Assembly: GCA_032718475.1 (NCBI GenBank)
Contig: JAUCBJ010001007.1
Span: 1 to 64,000, forward strand
From: Nemertoderma westbladi
Taxonomy: Eukaryota; Animalia; Xenacoelomorpha
Direction of reading: 5' to 3'
Length of the DNA: 64,000 nucleotides
Shown here: positions 13,717 to 27,014 of the stretch, one piece after another
Numbering within the stretch: the first letter of the stretch is position 1
Layout: each line of letters begins with the position of its first letter
Position numbers and translations under genes: made by a program
The notes under the pieces: model-generated
What the model saw: the letters and a program-made list of their open reading frames with translations, nothing else
The model's database searches: none
What the model was told of the DNA's origin: nothing

Positions 13717-14181
13717 TTAATTAACTGATTAGTATACGAAAATTCTAATATGCGTACAATACAGTAATAAATAGCGATCTTCTTCTTTGGTAACTTTCTC
13801 TAAAGTTTCTTCGATTGGACGTTTTGACATAATAGATTACAGTACAGTACTTGACATACAGCAGCTAGTCCCGTCACTACAATCAGAATAATCAAGCAGA
13901 ATGCTTAGTTATCTCCAGGTTATTGATTACCGGTACTTTGAAGCGTTCCGTCCTATAGGCCGCAAACGCTGCAAAGTGGTACCTTGCAGCGTTACGAGTA
14001 ATTCACCCGAACGCTGATAAGTTGATATAATTTAACAAAATATAAATAGTAAAATAAATAATAAAATCCGTTCTCTTTATGTACAATTTTGATCTTTTGT
14101 GTATCCTGGTAATTGTGTTCCAGAATATTGACATTAAGCTATAGTATAAATGAAAACGATTAAATTAGAATTAGAGTTGAT

Positions 14182-15792
14182 ATGTATATATTTAATGTAT
14201 TATTGGTAATAATATTATTTTATTTAACAAACTCATTGGCAACTTCCAAAATAAATAATATTACATTTACTAATTTGACTAGTGTATTGGAGTCTCTCAC
14301 TGCAAACTATGATAATCGTATTCGGCCTTATTTTAACCAAAAACCTCTGGAGATTTCTGTTACCTTAAGTATTGATTCTATAGGACCTATCAGTGAGACG
14401 GATATGAATTTTAGAGTAGACTTCGCTCTACGGCAGTATTGGACTGACCCTCGTCTTAATTTTACAGATAATATTACTATCATAGACGGAAAACCATTAC
14501 CAATATCTTCAACATTTCTTTCGCAACTGTGGCTGCCAGACACCTACTTCCCTAACTCGTTACGATCTAATAAACATGATGTTATGACACCTAATGTGTT
14601 GCTACGTTTATACCAAACTGGGGAAATCCTCTACAGCGCAAGGGTCACGGTTATTACCAGATGTCCTATGTCATTATCATATTTTCCAATGGATTATCAG
14701 AAATGTGATTTGCAAATTGGAAACTATGGATACACAACAGATCACGTTCGCTTGACGTGGAAAAAATATATAAACAAGTCTGAAAGGGCAGTACAACTAG
14801 CTCCAAAAATCAAACTCTCTCAGTTTTCCTTCAAGGGTTACAGCATAAACGCAACATCTGATAAGTATTCAACTGGGTTTTACTCGAACCTTAAAGTTAC
14901 ATTTGCATTCCACAGAGAAATCACGTATTATCTCCTCCGTCTATATCTACCGGCTGCCATAATTGTTGCATTATCTTGGACTTCCTTTTGGGTAAGTGCA
15001 ATTTCAGCATCGACACGGGCAACCATTTCAGTGACCACTATACTTGCACTAATTACACTGCTCGGATCAACTGCTACAATAATACCAAAAGTAAGTGAGG
15101 TTAAAGCGCTCGATATTTACTTTGCATTATGTTTTATGTATGTCTTTGCTACCCTGTTAATATTCACGGTTATCCATTACTTCGCTAGTAGATTCAAACG
15201 CAAAGCAGCCAAAGCAGCACTTCAACGTCTAGAAACCATGGTGGAAAGCAATACCGATGACGCAGTGACAACTAGTTCGCATCTCTCAGAGCACAGGGTG
15301 CGGATAAATCTGGATGCTAATGGAAATACTATTACTACAAGTAATATAATTTTAGTAAAAGAGGAACATTATTCTGGAGATAAACAATATTCCGAAACAT
15401 GCAGCAGTGATGTGCGTTGTATTCCATCAGTTAGCCAAACGTTTGGAGACATTAGCAAGAGATCCAGAGGCAAATGTTTTATAATAATTGAATATTTCAG
15501 AAGAATTTTATATAATGCTAGGAATATTTGTACCAGAACTAATAATAGAGTAGAAACAAGTGAGCAACCACGTCCAAGTGATAAAGATTATCGCAGTCCC
15601 AGTATAGCGGCTGTGAGTGGTGATGTTAATCCAAACAATCCAGGAGAGCAATTGTTTCAATATATTGATTACTGCTGCCGAAGATTATTCCCTGTATCCT
15701 TTATTACTATTAATGGCTTATATTTTGCGTTATATCTTCAATTAGCTGATGGCGAATATGACCTACCTACTTACCAGATGACATCATCATAA
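14182..15792 (+). CDS. Cys-loop ligand-gated ion channel subunit, GABA-A/glycine-receptor-like; coding region intronless (536 aa)
   Basis: Signal peptide; YDNRIRP; LRQYWTDPRL; LWLPDTYF; Cys loop CPMSLSYFPMDYQKC; loop C YSTGFY; M1-M3; long M3-M4 loop; IDYCCRRLFP + M4. Confidence 0.95.
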   Translation: MYIFNVLLVIILFYLTNSLATSKINNITFTNLTSVLESLTANYDNRIRPYFNQKPLEISVTLSIDSIGPISETDMNFRVDFALRQYWTDPRLNFTDNITIIDGKPLPISSTFLSQLWLPDTYFPNSLRSNKHDVMTPNVLLRLYQTGEILYSARVTVITRCPMSLSYFPMDYQKCDLQIGNYGYTTDHVRLTWKKYINKSERAVQLAPKIKLSQFSFKGYSINATSDKYSTGFYSNLKVTFAFHREITYYLLRLYLPAAIIVALSWTSFWVSAISASTRATISVTTILALITLLGSTATIIPKVSEVKALDIYFALCFMYVFATLLIFTVIHYFASRFKRKAAKAALQRLETMVESNTDDAVTTSSHLSEHRVRINLDANGNTITTSNIILVKEEHYSGDKQYSETCSSDVRCIPSVSQTFGDISKRSRGKCFIIIEYFRRILYNARNICTRTNNRVETSEQPRPSDKDYRSPSIAAVSGDVNPNNPGEQLFQYIDYCCRRLFPVSFITINGLYFALYLQLADGEYDLPTYQMTSS

Positions 15793-16169
15793 AGCAAGTT
15801 CTACATGAACTGACTTTAAATAATTCTTGCCTTTTAAGCACATTATTGTTTCAAAAGCAAGTTTGTATTGTTGCTGAGAAAATGTAATAAATAAATTAAA
15901 ATTAATTAATTAAACGCACTAATTAAGGTTTGTCAATACTTTGAATTGGCACGACTGTAGACCATGTCCTGGAATATAGTGTATTTATTCAGGCAGCCTA
16001 CATGCGCCCCCAACTTCCAAATTTTTATACTAATCTTATGAGATTCCATGAAATTTGAGCCATAATTTTTATTTCCACTTACATTATTAGCTACAATCGT
16101 TTGAAAAGATGACTCCTTCGAGATTATTGCACCAGTTACATTGCAGTTATTCTTCAACATTATGGCCGA

Positions 16170-18700
16170 TTTCTTGCGTGTTGCGTTATAAGCAGATCCC
16201 TTCAGCTCTATATTTCCAACCTAAAATGGGAGGGAGCCAATTTAACAATATTGGACACAGAGAAATACCAAGCCATTAAGTGGGCCCTACAAGCCCACTT
16301 ACAGCCACTGGGAAAGCCAAGGTATACCAAGCGAGGGATGATGCAATAGAGCCAGCTGGTGGGTGAGTAAGACCCATTGGGAGGAGGGCGGCATGTCTCA
16401 GTGCTGTATCGACCAGAGGCCAATGAATGTGATAGCCTATTATAGGCAACGTATTTTTCCCTATATGTATTACCAGTCATTCATTATACAACCAGTTGGC
16501 ATTCTGTTCCATAGTGTAGAGGTGAATAGTTTCCACTGCTACGCAAGCTGTATTACCAGTATATTAATCATTCAGTCTATAGTCAATTAACAACAGTAAA
16601 GGCAAACTCTTCTTTTTCAATGGCCCATGGACAAGTCAGTCCATTTACCAGTCAGCCAGCTTGGGCGTAGGAACAACCACCATCAAGTCAACTGATCGGG
16701 ATCTCTCACCAACCAAGATCCCATCACAGTGGAAACTATAACCAAACAGTCAGTGGAAAACTAGAACTCAGTCAGACAGTCAGTCCAAACGATGATGCAA
16801 CAGGGTTCCGAGAGGGGAACCACCCCACTGGGAATCCCCAGTGAATGAGATATAACCATTTGGGAGGCAGCAACCCCTATACCAGAGAGGCCCGCTACAC
16901 CAGATCCATCATAGGGAGGTGGATCGGTTGGAGATGAGGAACGTGGACGGGTATGGGGAAAGGAGCGCAGGTTGAGACAAGACGACGGTAAGACGACGAT
17001 GACGAGGATGGACAGCCAGGAGGTTCAGGAAGAGTACATAACTGAGAGTCAGCGGCTAATGAGGGTCTATAATGCCACCAGGAGAAGAGTGAAGAGGAGC
17101 AAACAGGTAGATCAAGCCAAGCTGAGAATGAAACTCAGTGAGTCAAACAGATATTTTCATTATTCTTCCCGATTTGGGCAGGGAGAACTGTCGAATCAGA
17201 GGGTGCGGGAGGTCGCAGAACTGTTCACAGAGCAGAACTGTTCGAACTAAAGCTATCTGGGGTGGTAGTGGTAGATAAAGTGTACATAGGGCCATATCTG
17301 ATCGATACACAGGGGATAGAATTAGTGGGAAGGGCGGGTTCGATCGACACCAACCCCGAGGTAAACCCAGAGGATTCTGTATCATCTCTCAGTAGGGACA
17401 AAACAGCCACACAAATTAGTAAAATTAGTGGGGGATGGATGTCCGTCATTTCCAAAAAGTCCATATCCTCCATAAAAGCAAGAAGGGTGTTGGAAATAGA
17501 TGGTGTGTCAGCTAGACCTGCTTGTATTGGATCAAAAGGAGTTGGAATGGTGTTTAGAGGAGGATAGTGCTTCCTTAGAGAGAGAACGGAAATTGGCTAA
17601 TGACTGTAGAGATAGGAAGCAGAGTGGGCCGAGAGAGAGACAAATGCGTGTAGAGAGTGGGCTGAGAGAGAGGCGAATGCGTGTAGAGAGTGGGCCGATA
17701 GAGAAGCATAGCAGGCTGAGAGAGAGGCGAATGAGCACAAATAGTGGGCTGTGAAGGCCGAAACAGGTGTTACTACACAAAATAATATTTTAATAAATAA
17801 CCAAAATAATACTGGTACTGGCACAATAAACAATACACAAAGGTGACGATGTACAAAAAAACAATTCAATGGACAATATTATAGATAATAATATTATAAT
17901 GAATAATGACGTAATAAATAATTTGCCTAGGCCACACTACGCACTCCGCACTTGCTGCCTGCAAGGCCACACAGAAATGCAGATGGGGATAAAGGTGGGT
18001 CATGCTAGGGGCAGTAGAATTGACATGTCAACCAGAAGAGTGTGTGAAAAAGGGGATAACTGAGATGTTAATGGAAATGGGCGGGGGGCGCATGCGGTGA
18101 AACAAAACTCGTAGTGCCAATGCTGGAAGAGAATAGACGGTCAGTGAATATCTACGAGGCCGTACAACCAGGTAGGGGACGAGGTGGTCATGTCATAATC
18201 GGCAAAATCAAGGAATGTCGAACCCATTCGGAAGATGGATGGAGAACAGTAGCATTCATCCAGGAGGTCGATATGAGATATCATGAATGTTAGATATAAT
18301 GCCTGGAGTGAACAATGTGAGGAGGACACGATAATTAATAGAGGAAACATTGCTACGAGCAACTGGAGAAGTTTAGATAGGATGGACAGTGAACCATCGA
18401 TATTCGAGGTAGAGAAGACAAACCAGTGGGACTTAACTTCTGGAGATTGCTGTCTCCCCGAAGAAACGCAGCCCTTGGGGATTTACACTACGCACTGGAA
18501 GAGGGATATAGAATTTACCGAGAGGAAGAATGAAACGAGATGATGAGAGAGGATCGAAGAGAATCTTCCCATCGGATGTAGCCACTTATCGTGAGTTTGG
18601 TGGTGTCTGGGAGGTCTTCTTGGAATATTCGAGAAGAGTAAACTTCAGTCCGGAGAACCACATACAGACTGAACATACTATATAAAATATATATAAAATT
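16170..18700 (-). mobile_element. Probable highly degenerate LINE remnant
   Basis: Scattered minus-strand motifs only (ISYRPP near 18270; YLGVGVD near 17350); many stops; boundaries uncertain. Confidence 0.35.
17620..17750. repeat. ~33-bp purine-rich tandem repeat (GAGAGAGAGGCGAATGCGTGTAGAGAGTGGGCC)
   Basis: 3-4 degenerate copies visible. Confidence 0.85.
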
Positions 18701-18989
18701 AAAATAACGACCCCCTCAGATGCAAATATTAATTGTGATACGCAGAAATGGAAGGGATCATTACCCCTGATGCTATATCCGATGCAAGGAAGATTGACTA
18801 GCTGAAAGAATACAGTGACATCAGCATATAAGGAACCAACATCTGTACCATCGACTGCGCTATAGATCTAAGCTATGGGGATGACAACAGTTATTCATAC
18901 GCTAAAAACGAGAATAGAAAATGGACGCCTTGGGTCACCCCAAGGTCAATATAGATAGAATATACACAATGTAAATAACATAATAATAG

Positions 18990-20400
18990 ACCCACCCTAC
19001 AGTACAAATTATTTAATCAGGCAGTTTGACTTACTTTATAGATAAAATTTTAACCCCCCAAATTACGTTTGATATCCGTATGCAGAGCCGGATCAAGCCC
19101 GGTGGGGGCCCCTGTGCACATGATTGGTGGGGGCCCCTGATCGATCAGAGATAGAGAGATATATTTAGATTTAAACGATTATTATAATAAAACAAAGAAT
19201 AATAATACAAAAAGAATCTATCCAGTATACGTACAGTACTTTATTTAAAAAACAACTTTACGAGCCTTGCGAGACGCAAAGTCGTGTATAATATGGACTA
19301 AAGCACAACCAGGTGCGCTTGAAAGACTTTGTGTTCTTTAGCTTGCGTTCAAACATGCTACACCACACTTCCGAGCTACTGAACGTCCTTCCTTCTGAAC
19401 TGTCTGCACTGCGGACAGTTCAAGTAACTTTGGATCCGCATGCTGTAGCTTGGACACATCCAAGTTAATCACAGCATCAATTCGAACGTCAGTTCGAAGT
19501 TCGCCACAGGCCGACATTACATTCAACAAGCAGGACTTTAGGTTCCGTCTCTGGATCTTGCTTCATATCTATGTCTCCCTCTTGGATCTCACAGTCATAG
19601 TCCGTACCTGGTAAATAACTGGAGCCAGCATCACACCGTCGCCACTCTCTTCACGTATTGCTGCCCCTGCCACTGGTCCAAAGAAAGCTGTAAGTGGCTG
19701 TGTTCCTGCAATAGCCGCAGATTCCTTGCGTCTCCTCTCTTTACGTTTTTCATGGCCAGACATTTGCTTTCGTTTCTTTTCGACGTGTCGTTCTGCTGAT
19801 CGGTCTGCCATAGCTACAGTTAGCAAAACAGTACTGTATACATGTAGTGTACTTTAGACCTAATGCTGTAAGTTGTACTCACAGACTGAACATCAAACTG
19901 AAACTTTATAGCTTATACGTGTAGGCCTACTCCTAATAGTGAATAACTGAAACATTTATGTACTAAACCACTGTACTTTCCTGTAAGTTTTTCTGTTTAT
20001 TTTTTTCATAATTTTTTGAGTGTTGAGTGGTGGAGGCCCCTCAGTGGTGAAGGCCCCCTAACACCATTTTCAGGCTCGTATCTAAACCAACCAGCGCACT
20101 GCTCAGTTTTGGCAGTCCTTTTCCCTTACCTTTGTGGCGCCTTGTGTCAGCGCACCCCAAGTCCTACACCTACACCAACCAGCAGTCATCACTCAGTATG
20201 TTCAGCTGTCCCTTTTCGGCTGTCCCTTTTAAGCTGTCCCTTTTCAGCTGTCCCTTACACGTGCAGCGCCTGGTGTCAGCATACCCCGGGTCCTTTTCAG
20301 AATCGTGATACACCAACTGGCGTCACTAGCAGTGTCTAGTGTCATTAGACCCCGAGTCCTTTTCAGGCTCGTGATAAGCTGACCAGAGTACTGCTTGGGT
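18990..20400 (+). repeat. Unclassified repeat family (second copy at 63260-64000), split by the hAT remnant
   Basis: GACTTACTTTATA...TTTTAACC.CCC..A.TACGTTTGATA and GTCCTTTTCAGGCTCGT motifs shared with 63300-63910. Confidence 0.65.
19083..20050 (-). mobile_element. Internally deleted hAT (Tip100/ZMYM1-like) transposon remnant
   Basis: Terminus CAGAGCCGGATC with GGGGCCCC subterminal motifs; transposase N-terminus SGHEKRKERRRK...PLTAFF and C-terminus IIHDFASRKARKVVF* at ~19245-19290; other end incomplete. Confidence 0.7.
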
Positions 20401-21080
20401 TTTTGTCCCTTAGCACTAGGCAGGGCCTAGGCTTGGCAATCAGAAACTCTACCTAAAGCCAGTAGTACTTATTTCTTGGAACTTTGGGTCTCAACTTAAA
20501 CAAGGGGATTTGACGGTTTATAGACAGTTGTCCGTCAAAACCATCAAAAATAGAGTAAGTTTAATTATATGAATTTCTAGTTTTTTGTAGGTGTTACCCG
20601 GGATTTTTTGGAATATTCATTTTATTGAATTTATATATTTTATTAATTGCCCGTTATAAAATTGAAAAATACGCGAACACTGTATTTAAAATTGTCTGTA
20701 TTCGGAGGGTTTATCGAACACTACTAAAATATTACAATTACAATCTTTTGACTTTCTAATTTGATTTCGCAATAATCGTTAGGTAAATTTAAAATAAAAA
20801 TGTCAAACAACCACCAATGGGAATCAGTGATATATCAGATGATAGCTTAGAAGTATGTGCTTCATTTTGCACTATTAATTCAAAATTGCAAAATTTGGAG
20901 TTTCGTGCCTTTGCATTTGGAGGGCAGTACTGTAGGAATAGGACTGTATACATACAATGAATATTGGTGTGATATTGTCAAAAGGCTAGTTAGAAAATAT
21001 ATTACTAATTAGATTTTTTTTTTTAATTGGTACAAGAAACTATACAAATATTTATTAACCCTTTGCAGCTGCACATTTAA

Positions 21081-22215
21081 GGGGGGGGGGGGGGGGGGTA
21101 GCGCATTTTCTGACCAAATAGTCGAATTTTTGAAACATATCCTATCTGATGCAGAATTTCATGCTGAATCCAAATATGGAAACCGTTTTCCTATATCTTG
21201 CTTACTTTCCGAGATATCTGGGATAGAAGAGACTGGCTCCGATATATCGCGATATCGGTAAGGCGATAAAGTTTGGGGTTTGCATTCAATTTCTGAAAAT
21301 TTCTGTGCTCAGTGGTGCTAATTGGATGTCTCCACGAGAAAGAGCACAAAATTTTAATTGAGAAGGTATTTTTTTATGATTATTTGACCTACTGATCAGT
21401 TTATAAGACAACTTCATGTCTACGGAATGAAGACGGGACTCGAATAAGCGATCTTTGCGGGATTACACGGAATAGACTTATCGGTCATCGGAGATCTTCA
21501 AAATGTATAATCTCCAGTTCTAGTGGTCGTACGGAGTTCGTTTAGGGCTCATTCGAAAGTTCTTTTCTCAGAGACCAAAGTTACCATTTGGTTTGGCAAA
21601 CTCTTGAAAGCTGCCTGAGCACTCATAACTTGAACAAAATTTGCAAGGCATATTTTACCAAAATTCATGTTATGTTGCTTTAGAACCATTTTGTCTTAAA
21701 TCAAATGGTAACTTTGTTCTCTAAGAAAAGAGCTTTCGAATGAGCCTAAAACGAACTTCGTACGACCACTAGAACTGGAGATTATACATTTTGAAGATCT
21801 CCGATGACCGATAAGTCTATTCTGTGTAATCCCGCAAAGACCGCAGAGTCGCTTATTCGAGTCCCGTCTTCATTCCGGAGACTTGAAGTTGTCTTATAAA
21901 CTGATCAGTAGGTCCAATAATCATAAAAAAATACTTTCTCAATTAAAATTTTGTGCTCTTTCTCGTGGAGACATCCAATTGGCACCAATGGGCACAGAAA
22001 TTTGCAGAAATTGAATGCAAACCCCAAACTTCATCGCCTTACCGATATCGCGATATATGGGAGCCAGTATCTTCTATGCCAGATATCTCGAAAACTAAGC
22101 AAGATATGGGAAAACGGTTTCCATATTTGGATTCAGCATGAAATTCTGCATCAGATAGGATATGTTTCAAAAATTCGTCTTTTTCGTCAGAAAATGCGCT
22201 ACCTCCCCCCCCCCC
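21081..22215. mobile_element. Palindromic MITE with TTAA TSD and GG...CC termini (Kolobok-like)
   Basis: ~510-bp inverted arms (21081-~21595 and ~21700-22215) with ~100-bp spacer; TTAA at 21077-21080 and 22216-22219. Confidence 0.85.
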
Positions 22216-22389
22216 TTAAACACCACACACAGTGAAATATTAATAAGAACCACCAGCTGAGATAGTATGTCGTCCGGCAACCTTTAAAAATATCAACAAA
22301 CATTGTCCAGATACAGATACGGCAGCCTACCGCAGTACCGGTACAGATTACAGCGGTGAGGGCATTCCTGCACCGTCTTCGAACCCTAG

Positions 22390-22860
22390 ACCGCTTCACC
22401 ATTTAGTGCGGGATCCACGCAAGCAGTGGGAGGTCCCGCAGACAACCGCGAACTGCACCCTAGAGTGAACCCAACCCATAACAAAGGAGTAAGGCTTGCC
22501 CCACGAGTGGTGCAGTCTGTCCGCGATTATTCGCAGGAGTCTGTATGCCTGCGGGGCCAACACACCGTCGCAGGAAACCAAGAAAGGTGAGAAATCACCT
22601 TGTCGAGCTGTTACTGCAGCGGAATATAACCGCTTCTTCTCATCTTCTGCAGCTTCGAGTAGGGACATGGTGGGGTGATTTACATACGACTCGGCATCAA
22701 GGTTGGTTTAACGGATATAGAACAACGCCTGAGTCCGTACGTTAATCGCACCTCTTATTCCCACGTCGCACCACAACGGTGAAACCCGGCTACATTTCCC
22801 CCCTCCAGCTGTTCGCGCACCACGGGTTCGAGGGTAATGTTGCGCGGCCCAATTGCGAGC
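22390..22860 (-). mobile_element. CRE-clade non-LTR retrotransposon 3' fragment (restriction-like endonuclease end)
   Basis: EDEKKRLY...FSPFLVSCDG...RVQFAVVCGTSHCLRGSR, homologous to the 54996-55880 C-terminus. Confidence 0.75.
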
Positions 22861-22914
22861 GCGTCGATCACTAATTAGATTGTTTATCTTGCATTATACG
22901 GAATTTGTCACACA

Positions 22915-24532
22915 CACTTCCTCCTCCAACAGTACCCCTCTTATAACCACTTCCACGTCCAACAGTCCCCCTTATACCACTTCCACCTCCAACAATACCC
23001 CTTAAACTACTTCCTCCTCCAACAGTACCCCTTATACCACTTCTTTGTCCAACAGTCCCCATTATACCACTTCAACCCCCAACAGTCCCCCTTATACCAC
23101 TTCCACCCCCAACAGTCCCTTTAAACCACTTCCGTCTCCAACAGTTCCCTTTATACCACTTACACTTCCAACAGTCCCCCTTATACCACTTCCACCTCCA
23201 AAAGTCCCCATTATACCACTTCAACCCCCAACAGTCCCCCTTATACCACTTCCACCCCCAACAGTCCCCTTATACCATTTCCTCCTCCAACAGTACCCCT
23301 TATACCACTTCCACTTCCAACAGTCCTCCTTATACCACTTCCACTTACAACAGTCCCTCTTATACCACTTCTTCATCCAACATTACCCCTTATACCACTT
23401 CCTCCTCCAACAGTACCCCTTATACCACTTCCACTTTCAACAGTCCTCCTTATACCACTTCCACCTCCAACAATACCCATTATACCACTTCCTCCTCCAA
23501 CAGTACCCCTTATACCACTTTTACTTCCAACAGTCCCCATTATACCACTTCAACCTCCAACAGTCCCCTTTATACCACTTCCTCCCCCAACAGTCCCCCT
23601 TATACCACTTACACTTCCAACAGTCCCCCTTATACCACTTACACTTCCTACAGTCCCCCTTATACCACTTCTTCATCCAACAGTCCCCATTATACCACTT
23701 CAACCCCAACAGTCCCCTATATACTACTTCCTCCTCCAGCAGTCCCCCTTACACCACTTGCACTTCCAACAGTCCCCCTTATACCACTTCCACTTCCAAC
23801 AGTCCTCCTTATACCACTTTCACTTCCAACAGTCCCCCTTATACCACCTCCTCCTCCAACAGTACCCCTTATACCACTTTCATTTCCAACAGTCCCCATT
23901 ATACCACTTCAACCTCCAACAGTCCTCTTGATACCACTTCCTCCTCTAACAGTCCCCCTTATACCACTTACACTTCCAACAGTCCCCTTTATACCACTTA
24001 CACTTCCAACAGTCCCCCTTATACCACTTCTTCGTCCAACAGTCCCCTTTATACCACTTCCTCCTCCAACAGTTCCCCTTATACCACTTACACTTCCAAC
24101 AGTCCCCCTTATACCACTTACACTTCCAACAGTCCCCCTTATACCACTTCTTCGTCCAACAGTCCCCTTTATACCACTTCCTCCTCCAACAGTCCCCCTT
24201 ATACCACTTACACTTCCAACAGTCCCCCTTATACCACTTACACTTCCAACAGTCCCCCTTATACCACTTCTTCGTCCAACAGTCCCCATTATACCACCTC
24301 AACCTCCAACAGTCCCCTTTATACTACTTCCTCCTCCAACAGTCCCCCTTATACCACTTACACTTCCAACAGTCCCCCTTATACCACTTGCACTTCCAAC
24401 AGTCCCCAATATACCACTTCATCCTCCAATAGTCCCCCTTATACCACTTCTACATCCAACAGTCCCACTTATACCACATCCACCTCCAACAGTCCCTCTT
24501 ATACCACTCCACATACAACAGTCACCCTTATA
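22915..24532. repeat. 29-31-bp minisatellite (TTATACCACTTCCACCTCCAACAGTCCCCC)
   Basis: About 50 tandem units; same family as 59664-61083. Confidence 0.97.
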
Positions 24533-25167
24533 TGTGACGGGACCTTGGAGTTGGCAGTATAGATCCCGACCGGTGCGGTGTGTGTTATACGCGTCGCCGC
24601 GTCCATAGGCTGCTAAAGCTATAGTCTGGATGTGTATAGTAGGCCGAAAGGCCATTCAAATAACTGAGTTTTACTGCCAGTGTTTATAATCGCAGAACGT
24701 AATAATAGCACAGTCTGAATATAATAGCACAGTAGTGACGACGATGGTTAAAACTGTTCCGGTCTCACAACTGTATAGGAACCAACTGAACCAGTAATCA
24801 ATAACTGCAACGGTTATATTATTATTAACACATACTAAATCAGATCTACACTACTGAGTGGCCTGAGTGTCCAATAGATGCGCTCTAATCACTCCCAATG
24901 TGCTCTACCACCCACCATTGGCTTAACATGATTAATTGTCACCTCACCACTCCCTGTTGCCACTATCCCACGTGCTAACCTTACTAGCCTGTTTGTCCCT
25001 CTGACGTGGTTTGACCTCTAAACTCTCCCTGTGACTTGTGGCGTGTATCGCATTAGTTGGTTGTGAGGTGACATTATTATTGGTAATGTCACCTCGCCAA
25101 CTATAATTGGTAAAATGCCACTAATCCCATTTTTGGTGGGTAGTGCAGGGAATTGAATCCGCTTACA
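24533..25167 (-). repeat. Putative 3' LTR of BEL/Pao no. 2 (~635 bp)
   Basis: Minus strand starts TGTAAGCGG directly after the purine tract (25168-25176) and ends CCGTCACA at the satellite junction; no partner LTR in the window. Confidence 0.6.
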
Positions 25168-26162
25168 CTCCCCCCCATGCTATCTTCCCGGTGAGAAGAT
25201 AGCATCAACCTTAATTGCGCTTCAATTCCGCTGGAATCCAATCTAATATTGGATGTGGGTTGGAATTATCTTCTCGGGGTCGGCTTTCCAGGCTGGCCCT
25301 CATGGGTTTGTTATCACTGCCCATCCTTGGCACACCTGAGAGCTAGGATGTACCAAGGCATCTGGCATCTCTGCTTTAGACGATCGCCCTCACTCCTCAC
25401 ACAATTTTACCTCTCAGTCTTTGTTGTCCCTTCCTCTCTCGCCAGTCCCTTGGGACTCATCCCCCTCTATGCTCGCTCCCCACACTTGAATCTCGCACCT
25501 CTTTTACTTCCTCATACCCTAACACCTCCTCCCCATACTCCTCCCATACTCGACCCGTTTTTGCTGTCACTCTCCTCACACTCTTATCGAGTCCCACGCA
25601 TGTGTACAGCATGTCAGTGAGATCCGTCTTTGTCCTGTCCTCCTGTTTCAGTCAATTAGTCCCCAGTCCCAGTAGCTAATTGGAAAAGGTTATATTCGAC
25701 TATGATAGATCTATACTGATTATATATTGGGTATGTATATTGATTATTTTACGTATGTACATACTAATTGCACTTAATTAAATTGCACTTAGGAGTTTGT
25801 ACCGCTGCGTCCATGTGGTGCCTTCCAGGCACGTTGATATCCCCTGTCTTGGAGTTCTACATTGCTCCTCCCGCACCCTCCGGGAACCACCTAAGTTCCT
25901 TGACCCTGTCTTCATCCTGTCTGGGCCGCTACCTCCCTTCCTGTTTACCCTTGAGGCTACTCATCCTCGCTGATACCGTCTTACCAAGCCCCTTTGTTGG
26001 TTCTTTGGGCGCGGGTGTTATTAACTCCTGGTATCGCTTCGCAGGTGGTCCCACTGAGTGTCCCTCCTGTCTCCCTCTGGTAGCGTCCCACAAGATCATC
26101 TTCATCGCACGCGGCACGTGTTCCCCCAGAAAGTCCCTGAATTCGACCCTATTTTCTGGTGA

Positions 26163-27014
26163 CTATCTGTCCAGATGTCTTTGGGTATTGATGACCCCTC
26201 CGTACGATGCCGCTGTCGCTACCTCCTGATATGTGAATGGTAGTCTCCTCTTGGTGATCTGCTGGTGAGCTTCTATATTAATGTTGAAGAAGCCCCACCG
26301 GAACTCCTGGGCCTTCATCCTTTGTCGTGTCATGACTCCGACGTCGGCCCACTCCTCGAAAATCCGGAATTTCTCCTCATAGTCCATCCAGTCGCACCGG
26401 CGATCAAAGTGCCCTCTAAACTTGCACTTCAAATATCTGTTGTGCAACCTCGGACAGGCACCCATCTTGAGAGTAGACTCGCGGCAGAAAAGACACGCCG
26501 TCCCCTTCTGGAAACGGTATAGACAGTTCTTTTGCTGATGGGTTAATCTCCCACAGTAATCGCAACTGTGCATCATTGTCTCCCGCCCCAAGTCATCCTT
26601 GGCTCTGTGTGGCCTCCTGGGTCTATGGAGCCACTGGTAGGGAAACATCTGGACGTTGTCTTCCCTACCCATGTTGATGTCCTCCTCCACCCTCGGCATC
26701 GTTTCTCCAAACACTACCCATGGTGCCGTCCCTGGTTGCTCGCCCAGCCGGATCGTACTCGCCGCAAAATCCATTGCCGGCTCCCCATGCTCCCAGGTCC
26801 GCTTACCGGGTTTGTCCCAGAAGGCTCTCGCCCTGCTGACCGTCACCACTCTCCCATCCACCCAGTCCGTGTTTGAGTGGCTGATCCTTGCTATCAGTGG
26901 CATCGCCCCAAACTCATCCTCTTCCTCTTCCCCTGGTGGGGGCGCAATCCCCTCTATCGGTGGCATCGCCAAGAACTCGTCCTCTTCTTCTACCCCTGCC
27001 GGGAGCTGATCCAA
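26163..27014 (-). pseudogene. Accessory ORF3 of element 2, zinc-knuckle part
   Basis: CDYCGRLTHQQKNC, CLFCRES...C, (L)KCKFRGHFDRRC, then FEEWADVG; colinear with the 46870-48567 protein. Confidence 0.7.

Noticed and set aside
23045-24608. 505-aa extensin/mucin-like ORF and overlapping ORFs
   Set aside because: Translation artefacts of a 30-bp minisatellite, open in several frames on both strands
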